NCBI GenBank assembly: GCA_000182565.2 | Contig: KQ257454.1 | DNA: 64,000 bases | Strand: one strand, 5' to 3' | Origin: Spizellomyces punctatus DAOM BR117 | Lineage: Eukaryota | In this document: one piece after another, positions 34,260 through 46,864 of the stretch | Numbering within the stretch: position 1 is the first letter of the stretch | How the letters are laid out: every line of letters starts with the position of its first letter | Notes under the pieces: model-generated | Seen by the model: the letters and a program-made list of their open reading frames with translations, nothing else | Database searches by the model: none | Told to the model about the DNA's origin: nothing | Position numbers and translations under genes: made by a program

Positions 34260-35919
34260 ATGGTCAACTCACCCCTTCCCTCCGATCTCACGTCAGAATG
34301 CCGGAAAGCCGCAAAGATCATTGAACATTTTATCAAACCCGAGAAGGGAAAAGGTCCAGACCAACTCATTCCCCCTCATATAATTGGTATGTACCTATTT
34401 TTTTCATCCGTGCTTTTGCGTTTGCGTGTCATGGCATGATGCTCACATGTTTGACGTGCAGCAAATGCCAAAGGTATAGCGGTTTTGACTGTCATAAAAG
34501 CCGGTTTTTTATTTTCCGGTCGTGCGGGTTCGGGACTGGTTATTGCAAGGTAGGAGACTGGGGCTGTCGAGCAATGTATATTCTTGCAGCGTCTGACAGA
34601 TTGCGATGGCGCCCCTACCTCTGCATAGACTCGATAATGGAGGTATGTATACGTTCTTCTGCTGTTCCTTTGCACGCACTATACTGATGTACTTCGCTTG
34701 GGTTAGGTTGGTCGGCTCCTTCGGCAATCGTATGTACCGGTGTGTGTGCATCCGCTCGCTGAATTGCATAGTTTTAATGCTGGTTTGGATTTCACTGCAA
34801 CCAGGGAACCGCAGGAATGGTACGGAATCGTCTGTGTTGAACGTTTCCGCATCTTTACTTGATGCTGATAATTATGGTGTCTCTAGGGTGTTGGTGGTCA
34901 AATTGGAGCAGAATTGACGGACTTCGTCATTATCTTGAACACAAGAGATGCGGTAAAAGCGTTCAGTCATGGGGGAAATGTGACACTTGGAGGAAACCTT
35001 TCTGGTGTGTATCAAACGAGTTGGGACATTGGTCGTGCTGCATTTACTCAACAAAATACCTCACAGTCGCTGCTGGGCCAATCGGACGTAACGCAGAGGC
35101 CGCAGGTACGGTTGGTAATTTTGCAGCCATTTTCTCATACAGGTAATGTGGGATCGATACATATGTCGTGTTGTCAACATTATTTATCTATCGTTGAACA
35201 GCAAAACGCGTGGACTTTTTGCGGGTGTTTCAATTGAGGGATCAGTGATTGTCGAACGCAAGGACGCCAATGCGACATTTTATCACCGCAAGGTATCTGC
35301 AAAGGAACTTCTCTCGGGGTCAATTCCTCCGCCGCCAGCTGCAGAAGAGTTGTACAGGTAATATTTGCATTTTGCAATCACACGACATGCCACGCGAAAT
35401 GAACCTTCTGTATTGCGCAGAGCTCTGAATCGACGCGCAGGCACCACCTCTACCCTACCCGGAAATGGCACTATGCCCGCCTCTTATGGTTCCAGTGGCT
35501 CCATCGCTCAAGCACCGTCCACCGGTATTGAGAATAGCAAACCAACAGCACCTGCTGCATGGGCCGCTCCACCACAGGGCTTCCTTAGCAACCCGGCACC
35601 TGGTGTTGCGGCTCCAGCGCAGGGCTTCCTCAGCAGTCCGACACCTGGCGTTGCCGCTCCACCTCCTCCAGCCACCAAGAAGGGTGATACGGCCGTTGCA
35701 TTGTACGATTTCGCGGGAGAGCGATCGGGAGATTTGGGCTTCAAGAAGGGAGATATTATTGTGATTGTCCAGAAGACCCAGAGTCAGAATGACTGGTGGA
35801 CGGGCAAATGTAATGGAAAGGAGGGCGCGGTAAGTGAAGAGCCAAGACGGTTATAGCAATCATGTTTCTCATTTTTACTATCTTTGTAGTTCCCGGCAAA
35901 TTACGTTGCCCTGCAGTAG
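34260..35919 (+). CDS. YSC84: Ysc84/Lsb3/SH3YL1 family (SYLF plus SH3), many small exons
   Basis: 'NSPLPSDLTSECRKAAKI', 'KAGFLFSGRAGSGLVIAR', 'WSAPSAI', 'SKTRGLFAGVSIEGS', C-terminal SH3 'ALYDFAGERSGDLGFKKGD..WWTG..FPANYV'. Confidence 0.93.
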
Positions 35920-36465
35920 AGAGGCGTGATGTCTTGTTGATATGTACCTGTTACCTATTTTCGTACTTAGCTAGATTGTCTGCTGTATCGGTAGCACATG
36001 TTGGAGTGTTTGCGTTGTTTCCCGTCGTCAGCTAACGCGCCTGAATATCTAATAATATGTGGGAAGTATATGACATGAGGCACATCAGCTAGATATGGAC
36101 AGCATAACTGGCGTGACTGATTAAACTGCTCCAAGGACAATGCGACACTCATTGAAATTCTGTTCATTTTGCTCATGTTACGCCCCAAGCGCCGATTCTA
36201 TTTTGCAATATAAACAAGAACACTCCCGTGTGTGTACCCTCAATTCAGGCGAGATGCACCTCTTGAAAATGACCCTTGAAGAACCCTCTCTTGTTACCCA
36301 TGTTTCGTAACCAAGCTCTGTGACTAATGCGAGGATCAGGATGTGTGGTTAAATGTTACCGTGTGATGGTCAAAGAGTTTATCGTATGATATTAAATACT
36401 GGCAGGCCAAAAAAAGGATTATTTGAGCTGTTGGAGAAATTTGTGCATCGTATTTCATAGCTTAC

Positions 36466-36797
36466 CTAGAAATCATCGTTCACTTCTGAAAAATTGGTGC
36501 GCACGGCCGCTCCCCGCACGGAACTTCGTAGAAGGCTCGATAGCGAGATGACCTTAAGCAAACCAGAAACCATTCAACATACCAACCCAGCCAAAGCCAA
36601 AAAGCGTTCAATATATATACCGTGGACGCTCCGGCACTTTCCTCTCCTCGAACGGTTACGGTGGCAGGTGAGACTGTGAATAACCCAGCGGCAGCAGCTT
36701 GTCGGAATGTAAAAGATGGGGTAGTAGAAAAGCGGGGAAGGGAATGAAGGGTTGTTCGGCTGCGGGTTATCGATCGGAGGGCCGTGCGGAGTGACAT
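36466..36797 (-). CDS. Small hypothetical protein with a mitochondrial-presequence-like N-terminus (2 coding exons)
   Basis: MSLRTALRSITRSRTTLHSLPRFSTT...AGAST|VISLSSLLRSSVRGAAVRTNFSEVNDDF*; a donor site follows the stop codon. Confidence 0.45.
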
Positions 36798-36970
36798 TGT
36801 GGTCGAACTAGGGATAACTGATCTCCAAACGGAGAGCCAAAGGCAGTCGCGAACTGGATGGCTCAACATCCCCATAGCAACGCACACCCACACCAACATG
36901 GCTTGAATTCCAGCCCGCGTTCAAGCAGGCTGATTCACATCCGATAGCACAAGCCATTACGCTAGACAAG

Positions 36971-37712
36971 ATGGCGACGGTGCAGGACCTTCCCCCCCAG
37001 GGAGGATTCCCTGATACGATTCAGTACAAGCGCTATCTTCCACGACGCGGTCCTTCTGGATTGGTCATTTTTGTGGCTGCTTTTGGTGTCATGGGCTATG
37101 GATGGTACTGGGTTGCCAAGGCCAATGCCGAGAGAAGGTGAGTTGATGAGGTCTGCTATGGGTGGGCAGTGTGAAGAACTGTGGTGGCTCTATTTGACAA
37201 GAGCGGAGCATAAATTATTTTTTGTAAAACTTTAAAAACCAACCTTGCTTTACACAGGGAGCTCCGCCGTGAAAAGGCCTGGACTCGCATCAACCTTGTT
37301 CCTCTCCTCCAAGCCGAAACTGACCGAGACCTGATTCGCCGCCTCGAAGCAGCCAAAAAGCGTGAAGGAGGCGTCATGGAAAACGTTCAAGAGTGGAAAC
37401 CATTGGACTTGAAGGCACCTGTGCCTGGAGTCGGAAAAGGAGGAAAATTCGATGCAAAGCAAGCAGAACCCGTCTATCACACTGATCGCTATGTCAACCC
37501 GTCGTTTTTGTTTATGCCTTGGGAGAGTGATGCGCGGATGGAGGCCCAATGGTGGCGTGGAACAAAGATGTTTTTGAGGGTGCGTAAGATTAGCTGCCCA
37601 GCATCGGAGTGAAGTACGTCAAAGAACTGACCTGTTCTGTTACACCTATCAGAATCCTCCATATCACGAGCGTGCTGACTTTACCAAGGAGGCTCCTCTG
37701 GGAGGCCAATAA
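36971..37712 (+). CDS. NDUFA13: NADH:ubiquinone oxidoreductase subunit NDUFA13 (GRIM-19)
   Basis: 'QDLPPQGGFPDTIQYKRYLPRRGPSG', 'RRELRREKAWTRINLVPLLQAETDRD'. Confidence 0.92.
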
Positions 37713-38596
37713 GCGGAAACTCCCGATTATAGAACCAAAGACATTCCATATATATCCGAGACCCTGTCTACTCGCCTCCGTTGGATCCGCGGCATGCCAA
37801 TTTGTAAGCGTGTATCTTGAGGGCTTGGGCGAACAAAAAAATAATAAAGACAAGCTGTGCGTCATATATGATGATTGTATACGAGTTTTTTGCCTCTGGT
37901 TGTGCCGGTCCTGAGGAGACCAGAAAATGACAAACGAACGTTACCCCGGACCTCTGGACATCAAGTATGCACGATGAGATAGAGCGGGGCCTGCCTGTAT
38001 GAGCTGTGCCCCGCACTAACGTCATCGCTTGCCTGCGCGCTCATTGTTAACAACTTATTCGCTTTGGCCCGCATCGTAATATGCCCTCTATCAGGTGTTT
38101 ATAAGTACGTACGCACCTCTTTCGATTGTAGCCGCAATGCAAACCTTTTCCAGGGGTCATTACAACGTGTCTTAATTCTGAACCATGTCTGAGAGGTCCT
38201 CAATTTTATGCATGGAAACTAGGCCAGCGTCTGCGTTAGATGCCAAGAAAGAAGAGCCATCCATGAAGGCGTGACGCCCCAGTCCACTTTGAGCAATCCA
38301 CAAGAATGTAAACCATCTACTCAAGAGAGGGAAAATGTACAGTCGTGGATATCTACACGTTAACTTATGAGGGTCTGCATGTTTGCAACGATATATTTTC
38401 CACTCCAAAATCAGCGGTATGCATGAGTCCCATTTACTGCCAACATCATCCGGTCCTCCATTCACATCTCTATCAGCAAGAATTCCCAGCACATAACCGA
38501 GCCCACCAATTACCGCGACAAAGCGCGTCTAAACGGGATATCGGAGATTACTGTTCATTCGCCGTCCTCAAACTCCGCTGCTTCAGGATCTTGTAT

Positions 38597-38957
38597 TTAG
38601 ATGGCGGAAGGGCCAGTGAAGGGTTGACGGACAAGGACAGGCTTCTTCAACTCTCCTTCCATATGTTGAATGTATCGCTTGACGTAACCCTCCTCTTCCT
38701 TACTCTCGTATGTTATGGGCGCCGGGGGCTGCAACTTCTTGTACTGAATGACACCAGTGACGAGAGCCACGTAGCCGATGATACCGTAGAGGGCCACCTG
38801 ACGTGATGGAAAATTGTGAATATCGATGGAATTGTTACGTTCTCACGTCGTTCTCGTGTTCAGCGCGACTTCAGTAGAGACCTCTCACTCATACCTTGTA
38901 ACGGGGCACCTTCAAACCGGCAATGTTGTAAGGTTCAAAAGGGTTTCCTCCGGCCAT
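38597..38957 (-). CDS. ATP19: Mitochondrial ATP synthase subunit k (2 exons)
   Basis: MAGGNPFEPYNIAGLKVPRYK|VALYGIIGYVALV...PPAPITYESKEEEGYVKRYI, matching the Atp19 pattern (Y-x-I-x-G, TM, 'S-K-E-E-E..V..Y-I'). Confidence 0.75.
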
Positions 38958-39319
38958 CGCGTCTTACTCAATGACTGTTGAAAAGCGAAAGCGATTGTAA
39001 TCCGTCTGGTTCGCTGTGGGTTGTCTTCCGTCCTTCCCGAATGCGGACCGTCTGTTGGTTGTCATGGTGATGGTTCAGTCACGTGAGAAGATCCAACCAC
39101 AGCAGTGCTAAGCCATCCCCGCAAATTTCTCGCGCGTTTTGGTGCACACAAAGAATTCTGGTGATGACGGCAGAAGGATAACGGTCGGGAAGGCCAAGCG
39201 GCAGGAGGACCGAAAGAAGACCACGCATCGACATGGCAGAGGGCCTTGCGAATTCCTAGAACGTTTTACCATTATCTTCTTACTGTTCAAAGACCGGTTC
39301 GGCATCACCAACCACAAGT

Positions 39320-40324
39320 ATGCCAGGACTACCCAACCAGTATGCCGACGACACCCACATTGACGCAGCGGATATAATCTGCAACCCCGCTGTTCTCGAC
39401 CCACCTCGACGACCCCGCCCTTCCCTGCGACGTCCATCGTTTGGTCGTCGCCCTTCCTTTTTTCGTCGCCCATCCTTTTTCTCGGTCAAGAGCTTCCAAC
39501 TCCGCCGAGTTCCTGTTGGCGTCAAAACAAAAGTCGACTATAAACGCCTCTTCTTCTACTTTTCCCTCTTTTTCCCCACTTACGTTTTAACAGTCGTTAC
39601 TCTGGCGGCTATGAACGTCTACTATGTGCCATCTGTTGCAGATCAACGAAGTATTACTGCGTTGATGGAATACTCGTTTGGGTATTTCAAATATTGCTAT
39701 CGAATGGTGGACGACGGGGGAAGGCCCGAAGAGAACATTTCGCCTCAGATCAACTACCCAACTGAACTTCAATGTCAGTCTTACACAGATCTCTGTAGCG
39801 GGACGGGCACAGTGCGCTTTTGGACCAAGACGGATCCGTCACCCGGGGTGCCGGACCAATCTGTGTTTTGCGGAACTGAATGGCATTCAGCGGTTTCATT
39901 GGAAATTGCCGCCGCGGTTGCTGGAGCTGTAGCGGTTCTGTTCTTGATCGATAATGTTCTCGTGTGGTGGAATGTATCCTTATGGTATCACCCCGACCGA
40001 CACAAGTCATCCTCGGTCCGAACCGTTCGACGATTCTTTAAGAAAGTTATCATGATCTCTGTGGCGGCGCATATGATTTTGCAATGCATTGCCGTGTGGC
40101 TCATCTATGACATTCAGAGCAAAGGCAAGATTCGCTTCCCGAACGCCGTGCAGTTCCACTGGGGAATGTGGCTCAGCGTAATCAGTTGGGGGGCGGACTT
40201 CTTGTTTTTGGCACTGTTCCTGTTCTTTGATAAATTTACTTTTTTTGCTGTACCGGTGTATGAAGATGGGGAAGAGGCAACAGGTTCTGTAGCGTCCGAA
40301 TATTTGCGGAATCATAAAGTATAG
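39320..40324 (+). CDS. Four-TM membrane protein (claudin/Sur7-like topology), intronless
   Basis: Four hydrophobic segments, Cys-containing first extracellular loop with 'FGYFKYC', repeated RRPS kinase-site motifs in the N-terminus. Confidence 0.6.
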   Translation: MPGLPNQYADDTHIDAADIICNPAVLDPPRRPRPSLRRPSFGRRPSFFRRPSFFSVKSFQLRRVPVGVKTKVDYKRLFFYFSLFFPTYVLTVVTLAAMNVYYVPSVADQRSITALMEYSFGYFKYCYRMVDDGGRPEENISPQINYPTELQCQSYTDLCSGTGTVRFWTKTDPSPGVPDQSVFCGTEWHSAVSLEIAAAVAGAVAVLFLIDNVLVWWNVSLWYHPDRHKSSSVRTVRRFFKKVIMISVAAHMILQCIAVWLIYDIQSKGKIRFPNAVQFHWGMWLSVISWGADFLFLALFLFFDKFTFFAVPVYEDGEEATGSVASEYLRNHKV

Positions 40325-40466
40325 GTAGACTTAGAGTAGTGGTGATCTCATGATTGGCTCGCTATTTATTGTTTTTCGTTTATGTACAGATAGATAATAT
40401 ACAGTAAGATGCATAATGAATAAATACTGAATATCTGGTAATGGTTGCAGCATCTCCAGTATCAAG

Positions 40467-40862
40467 TCATTCGTCCCCTGGGGGTCTCGGCACCCTCACC
40501 ATATCCCAATCGTCCCAATCCTCTTTCTTGCTGGTCAAATTCTGTGAAACAACAATCAGATCTACAAAGTCGCTAAAACTTTAACTTCGTTGCACATACC
40601 CAATATGCTTCCTGAACACTGAATGGCTTTCGATCTGCATCAAGTTGCAATTGCTCTTTCTTTGCCAGCTACAAAGATGCTTTAACCCTCATATTCTCTC
40701 TCGCCCAAGGAAAACTGTACAAACCAGTTTTGTCTTCTTGTCATGGTAATCATATCGTGTTTGGGCCAAGTGTGCCATGCCGTACGTTGCAAGGAGCATG
40801 GCGCCAAAGAAGGGCACACCGAGACGAAGGATATGTGAACGTGAGCGAGGAAAGAGTGGCAT
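40467..40862 (-). CDS. COX16: Cytochrome c oxidase assembly factor Cox16 (3 exons)
   Basis: 'LRLGVPFFGAMLLATYGMAHLAQTRYDYHDKK', 'FSVQEAYW', 'DWDMVRVPRPPGDE*'. Confidence 0.85.
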
Positions 40863-41006
40863 GATGTCGCAGCAAAGAAACGACGCACTGTGTTGACGAG
40901 ATTGGGCATTTGGAGGGCTCAGAGATCACGTGACTAGCGACAGTGCTCTGGGGAACCCAACTCTTTCAACGATCTCCTCGCCCAGCCTGCAGAGAGATCA
41001 CCCAAC

Positions 41007-41997
41007 ATGACGCAACAAAATACTCGTTACGTTGTACTGGAAACGAGTGCTGGGTCAATAACCATTGAGCTGTACTGGAACCATGCGCCGAGAACCTGCG
41101 AGAATTTCTATCAACTGGTTGGTTGGAAATTGTCCCGAGAGGGCACGACGACAGATTAGGTTCCTGTGCACCTTCGAACTATTAACGTTAATATGGGATC
41201 ATCTTTTGTCAGGCGAAACGGGGGTATTATAATAATGTGAAAGTATGTCCTGCTAAAGTCACTAGCAAGCGCTAGCGTGTGAGAACCATGCTTATCTAGT
41301 TTCTCGTTGTTTTCAGTTCCACAGAATTATACCGGTATGTTTGACTATGGATTCAACTTGCCTCTCATTTGTCACTCTAGATCTTTTAACCTTGTGATTA
41401 CATGGTTGACGTTTTATACGTAGGATTTTATGATTCAAGGAGGTGTGGATCAAAAGAACGAACCTGTTAGATGGCGCACTGATTTTTGTATCTTCGTAGG
41501 GGATCCGACCGGAACAGGACGTGGAGGAACTAGTATTTACGGGTTGGCTATATCAGTTCAGCAATGAGCATAGTACTTGAGTTCTGATCTCCAATTACGA
41601 TCCACAGCGAGAAGTTCCCGGATGAGATACATCCTCAATTGAAGCACACTGGAGCAGGGATTATATCCATGGCAAACAGGTACGGTACTTGCGGTCATAG
41701 TTTGCGTTTGACTTTGTTCACCGATCATTACCCTCCAGCGGTCCAAATACCAACGGCTCCCAATTCTTCATCACCCTCGCGCCTACGCCGTGGTTGGACG
41801 GAAAGCATACGATTTTCGGAAGGGTTAGTGCGGGTATGAATGTGGTGAAAAGACTTGGATTGGTATGTGTGGTTTCTCTTTCCTAGAGTGCTTGCGGCCT
41901 TTTTGATGACGAATGCTTTGACTGTGTGCAGGTTCCAACCGACGCTGCAGATAGACCAAAAGACGATATTGTAATTTTGCGAACACAGGCACTTTGA
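41007..41997 (+). CDS. PPIL1: Spliceosomal cyclophilin PPIL1, many micro-exons
   Basis: '[26 protein letters not shown]', '[27 protein letters not shown]', '[27 protein letters not shown]'. Confidence 0.93.
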
Positions 41998-42217
41998 ATG
42001 ATATCCTGAGAGCCCCCTTTTATTTCCAATCACTTAATTAGTTACAAGACACAACGTGCGATATCGTTACGAGTTGGGCAATGGCTTCGCTCGGAGAAGA
42101 TATAGCACACAGTAGGGCGATATGGTTAGGGTTTCAAATGACTGGTTTTGTAGAAGAGCTTCTCATACGAGCCCCGAAGAGCCCACTGTCGGTCTATTCG
42201 TCTATCCCTACATTTGT

Positions 42218-42507
42218 TCACAAGAGTTCCTTCGCGTATTCCACCAAAAATGGTGCTATGGTTAAAAGAAAAACATATACGTCAGGTCCTCAAATACGTT
42301 GATATATGGTTTTGCCAATCCACTTCACTCACCGATGCGGATAGCAGCCACCACAGTCAGGAACTTGGTGAAGCTTTGTCGCACCTACGTGGTACATAAG
42401 CAACAGAGAAGCAACACTCAGAAGGGGGGGTGAGTAGATACCTTTACGCGGTTCTCGATAGCCTCTTCAAGGGTGATTTTTGGTGTTTGGGGACCGAAGG
42501 AGAACAT
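42218..42507 (-). CDS. TOM5: Mitochondrial import receptor subunit Tom5 (3 exons)
   Basis: Spliced product MFSFGPQTPKITLEEAIENRVKVRQSFTKFLTVVAAIRIAPFLVEYAKELL*, whose size and TM 'P-F' pattern fit Tom5. Confidence 0.7.
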
Positions 42508-42946
42508 ATTGTGCGTATGTCAAGGCGGAAGAAGAATGACAAACGGTAAAGACTGACATTACCGAATACCTTCTACTGTTACCTTGTTGTCATGGAAATA
42601 ACTAAATGACGAATGGTTGGAGGGTACATTGGAATCGCCGATCCCAGTTGGTGGTGTGCCCGAGCGTTGCTTGCTTCGAAGTGCGCTGAGTTTGATTCGA
42701 AGATCCCGAACCCTCGCCCTAAAGGATAGTGACGGACACGATTCACCGCACACCGACAGAAAGAGGCAAAGGTAATGCAGCGTACTGTGATTAGTAGAAC
42801 GCTTGGCTTCTTGTGTAGTTCTAGAGCCGCCAGATTACAACACGAACTGATCCGACCCCATCTATTAGCTCTGTGGCCGCTAGAAGGACCCACGCAGGAG
42901 GCCGAGCGGAGCAACCTTTTCCTCAGAGTTACCGGTCTGGTGAACC

Positions 42947-43896
42947 ATGTTCTTCCTTGTACGTGAGATGAACTTCCATTGCAATGGACATAACGGTTGA
43001 ATAAATGCACTATTTGCTCAACCGCTGAACCTTTTTGTTTCGTCGAACAAACCACCATTCGTGCAAATGTCAGAAAACTCTCCATCATACTGTCCGTCTT
43101 CCACCACAATTTTTTGGCCCACGGCTACGCGAACACGTTGAACGTAAGCTTTACGATGAAGTCGAGGGTCACATTGAGGGCCGATATGGGCACATTATCT
43201 GTGTATTGGACATACTGGACGTTGGAAGAGGGGTCCTCCAGCCGATGACAGGGCTGGCCGAGTTCAACGTTGTATACAAAGCGCTTGTTTTGAAGGTCTT
43301 CAAAAACATGGTGGTGGACGGAGTGGTCACGACGGTCAATCAGGTACATTGCGAGCAAAACCTCTGTTGGCAGTATGATCTTAATTATCCACTAACATCT
43401 TACTCTTTTTAATGTGTGGTAGCTTGGCTTTTGGGCGGAGATAGGACCATTGCAGATGTTCGTAGCTGCCACGGTATGTACCGGAGGATGGATCCTGAGA
43501 TCTACCAACACTAATGGTCGACCTCAATGTCCTCCAGCTTATCCCGTCGTATTATCGATTTGACCCCAGTGCCAACCCACCGGCTTATGTGTCAGATGGA
43601 GAGGTGCGAGCAGATAGTTGAATCTTGATATGCATCGTTCATGTTCACATACTAATGTGTGACATGGTTCAGGAAGCGGATATATCTCTTCGAATCGAAA
43701 AAGGACAGGCAGTAAGAGCGCGAATCATCGGTATGCGAACGGATGCTAGAGAAATTGTAAGTGGGGATACCGCAAATGCCTTGAACGATGCCTTTGTTGG
43801 CCATCTTAATGTCAAGCCTCTTCTAACATCTCCTTTTGTTAGTTTTGTGTTGGGACAATCAAGGAGGACTATCTAGGACCACAGGAGGAACTGTAG
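42947..43896 (+). CDS. RPB7: RNA polymerase II subunit Rpb7
   Basis: 'MFFL|KTLHHTVRLPPQFFGPRL..KLYDEVEG..GRYGHIICV', 'VVDGVVTTVNQ', 'GTIKEDYLG'. Confidence 0.93.
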
Positions 43897-44154
43897 GCTT
43901 CTACGCTGACCATTCCGGGTCGTGGACAATATCACAAGAAGGGAGCACTACAAAGAAATGCCATGATACGCACGCCTCTGCAGCACCAAAGGTTGTATAT
44001 ATTTAATACGTGTGCTCGCAGGCGTGGTGTGAAGAATGTGATGGTGGAGCTGAAATCAAAGAGGTGGCTACTTGCTCGAAACAGAATATTTCTGCTGAAC
44101 AAATGATATTGGCAAATGAATATATTTGAGCAATGTCGTAGAATCCATCCAATT

Positions 44155-46636
44155 TCATGCTCCATTTCTGATTGCCCGCGCTCTCCAGCGTTCCAATAGT
44201 CGGTTTGCCAGCGGTGATCGCGGTGAATCTGAGCAGGTTTTTAGAGGCTGGTGCGATGTACTCAGTGGCTTCTGCGGCGTGGAGATTGATGGAGGCATCG
44301 AAGCCTCTCTGGTCGTCGTCGTGCTTGACTGGGAGCCGACCGGAGATATTTGTAACAATCTAACCAACTCTCGCCCTACAACTTCACCAACCATCGGATC
44401 ACTTTGCATCATCTGCGTTAAGGTGTCTATTATTGTTGTCAGACGCTGCTGTGTGGACGGTGGAGCGTTGGGGTAGGCCTTATTTTTGTCAAAATAGGGT
44501 AGACCCGTAATCAGTCCGAATGGCCGCTGAATACTACGAAATCTGTACCTGTACCTGTTTAATTGCTTGGATTATGGAGCTCAGAACCGGAAGATATGGC
44601 CTTTGAGATGTGGAGGACATCGTTGTCGACGTGCTTGCTGATGAAGAAAGCGAGGATGAGCCGGAAGTCTCGGCGGACGATGTACTTGGCACGGCGGATG
44701 GTTTGGGAGTGGGTGGTGAGGTATCGTCGGCGTGTAATGTCTGATTGTCAAACTCATCTTCCCAGGCTATGCTATGGGATATTCAATATTCACTTTCTTG
44801 AACCAAAGACAGCAAGATTTCCAAATATTTACCTTCTTCCGAGACTCCTACTTGATCTCTCAGTCTAAAAATGAAACATCCCCCAGAAAAGATAAATAAT
44901 TTGACCCTAGAGCGTGTTGAAGATGAGCAGATCCCACCATTGTGCGAAGTGATTTCAATGTATTCTATCAAGCGGTTACCATTGAGGGATGCAGTCTTGT
45001 GAGCCGGCTGTTCGTTTGATGACGTCCCATACAGATAAAATCAAGGTTGTCCTCACCTGCTTCACCGTACCAAAATCCCATCCAAAGCTCGGAGGTAGAT
45101 CCCGGGTAGTCTCCGTGCCTCTTTAGTCAAGATCAAAAAATCAGTAAACAAATGTGGTTGAGCTCAAATACCCAATCACACTCACGAGGCTATATCGGCA
45201 GCTTTATCCAGATTTGACACCTCAGTGTTGCCTTCTTGTTTCATGAGTTTGTACTTTTCGATTCTCGCTTGGAATCGGGAGACATGGGGGGCATTGCGGA
45301 TAAACGGGTGTGAGAGAAGGTCGCTTGCAGTAGGCCGCTACACGAAGGTGTCATTCAAACTCTGACAATCTAAAAACCACATAACATGGAAGTGCACTAA
45401 CCTGACTTGGGCGCTTTGCCAAACATTGAGCCACGAAATCCCGGAATTCAGCGGAGAAAGAAGAGCCCAAGACAGGAGATGATTGTTGGGGGATCATGAA
45501 CAGGACTCGCATCGGATGGATGTTCGCGTGAGGAGGAAGACCTCTGTTGTTTTGAAGAAAATAAGTACGGTAAGTATTGCTATTGGACGATCTTCACACT
45601 CACTTTGCAAGTTCCCATGCCGTGATACCCAATGACCATATATCCGCCTATTTGATATCAGTATCAAAATTTCTTGGTATATAAACAGAGCATTGAAGAG
45701 TGTGTGCCGTTACCTTTGAATTGTAAGCTGATCGCAAAATAACCTCTGGTGCCATCCAGTAAGGGGTGCCGACAAATGTGTTCTTTTTTGTGATTGTCGC
45801 TGTTACCTGGCAAAGTTAAAAGTCGTCAGTATTGCCAACATTGCAAATTTTGGAGAGGCCCTCAGATAAAGTACCTGGGCGGAAACACCAAAGTCTGCCA
45901 ACTTCACCTCGCCTTTGTCCGTCAGCAACACATTCGCCGCCTTGATATCCCTATGAATCTTTCCGCGGCTGTGCAGATAGTCGAGCCCGTGCAATAGCTC
46001 TTTAGAGACAACTGCAACAAGACCTTCGTCTAGGACCCCGGTCTTGATCTGTTCCAACAGCACAACTGGTCAGGACCGGAATGGAGGCAATCCACTCAAA
46101 GTTCACAACTACAAACCAAATCTAAGCATGACCCCGCATCGCAATACTCCATAGCAATCCACAGCTTAGTGCCTCTCACATAAGACCCATAATATTTTGT
46201 GACCCATTGAGAATCGAGTTCGGAAAGAATCGAGATTTCTTGTCGTATTTCATCAATATCGTCTCCGGATTCTGAAACCAGCAGGCAATCAGATATAAAC
46301 ATCTATTACATCCTCCTGATATTGCGGCTATACCTTCGAAATCAATCACCTTGATAGCGACCGGCGTCCCACTCGCCTTATGTACACCTTTATAAACCTA
46401 CTCGACAGAATGTCAGCATCCGCGGTTATACACGAATTCAACGCACACAATAAACGAGCTTTTGTACAACGTACGCGGCAAACCTACGTGCCTCACCGAA
46501 TGAACCCTTTCCGATCTGATGATGGATTTCGTATATGTCGTCGGATTTTGTGTTCTGTAAAGGTGATCGATTTATACAACTGCAGGCGGATAATGAACGG
46601 AATGTTAAATTCTTCGCTTACCTTCTTCTTAGGCAT
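44155..46636 (-). CDS. STE20/GCK-family Ser/Thr kinase (Sid1/MST3-like), multi-exon
   Basis: '[12 protein letters not shown]', '[27 protein letters not shown]', '[23 protein letters not shown]', '[15 protein letters not shown]'; C-terminal '[12 protein letters not shown]'. Confidence 0.9.
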
Positions 46637-46864
46637 CCTAGCTTCTCTATATATTCAGATGTGGGTCACACTATGTGCACTGTTAAATTCATATACTGCC
46701 CTGTAGCGCTGGATCTGCAGAAACACTTCAAAAACGTCGGAGTTCCAAATGGCACGTGACAGCCGTGCCCGTTTCCACAGCTTGGTCCCATGGGAAGATA
46801 AGTGGTCCATGGCTGTCGCCGGGATCCCTTCCCTCTCCCCAGTTCTCACTTTATCAAGACGGAC

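Noticed and set aside
35575-35664. 45-bp tandem duplication in YSC84
   Set aside because: It is an in-frame duplication (QGFLSxPxPGVAAP) in a low-complexity linker, which is ordinary
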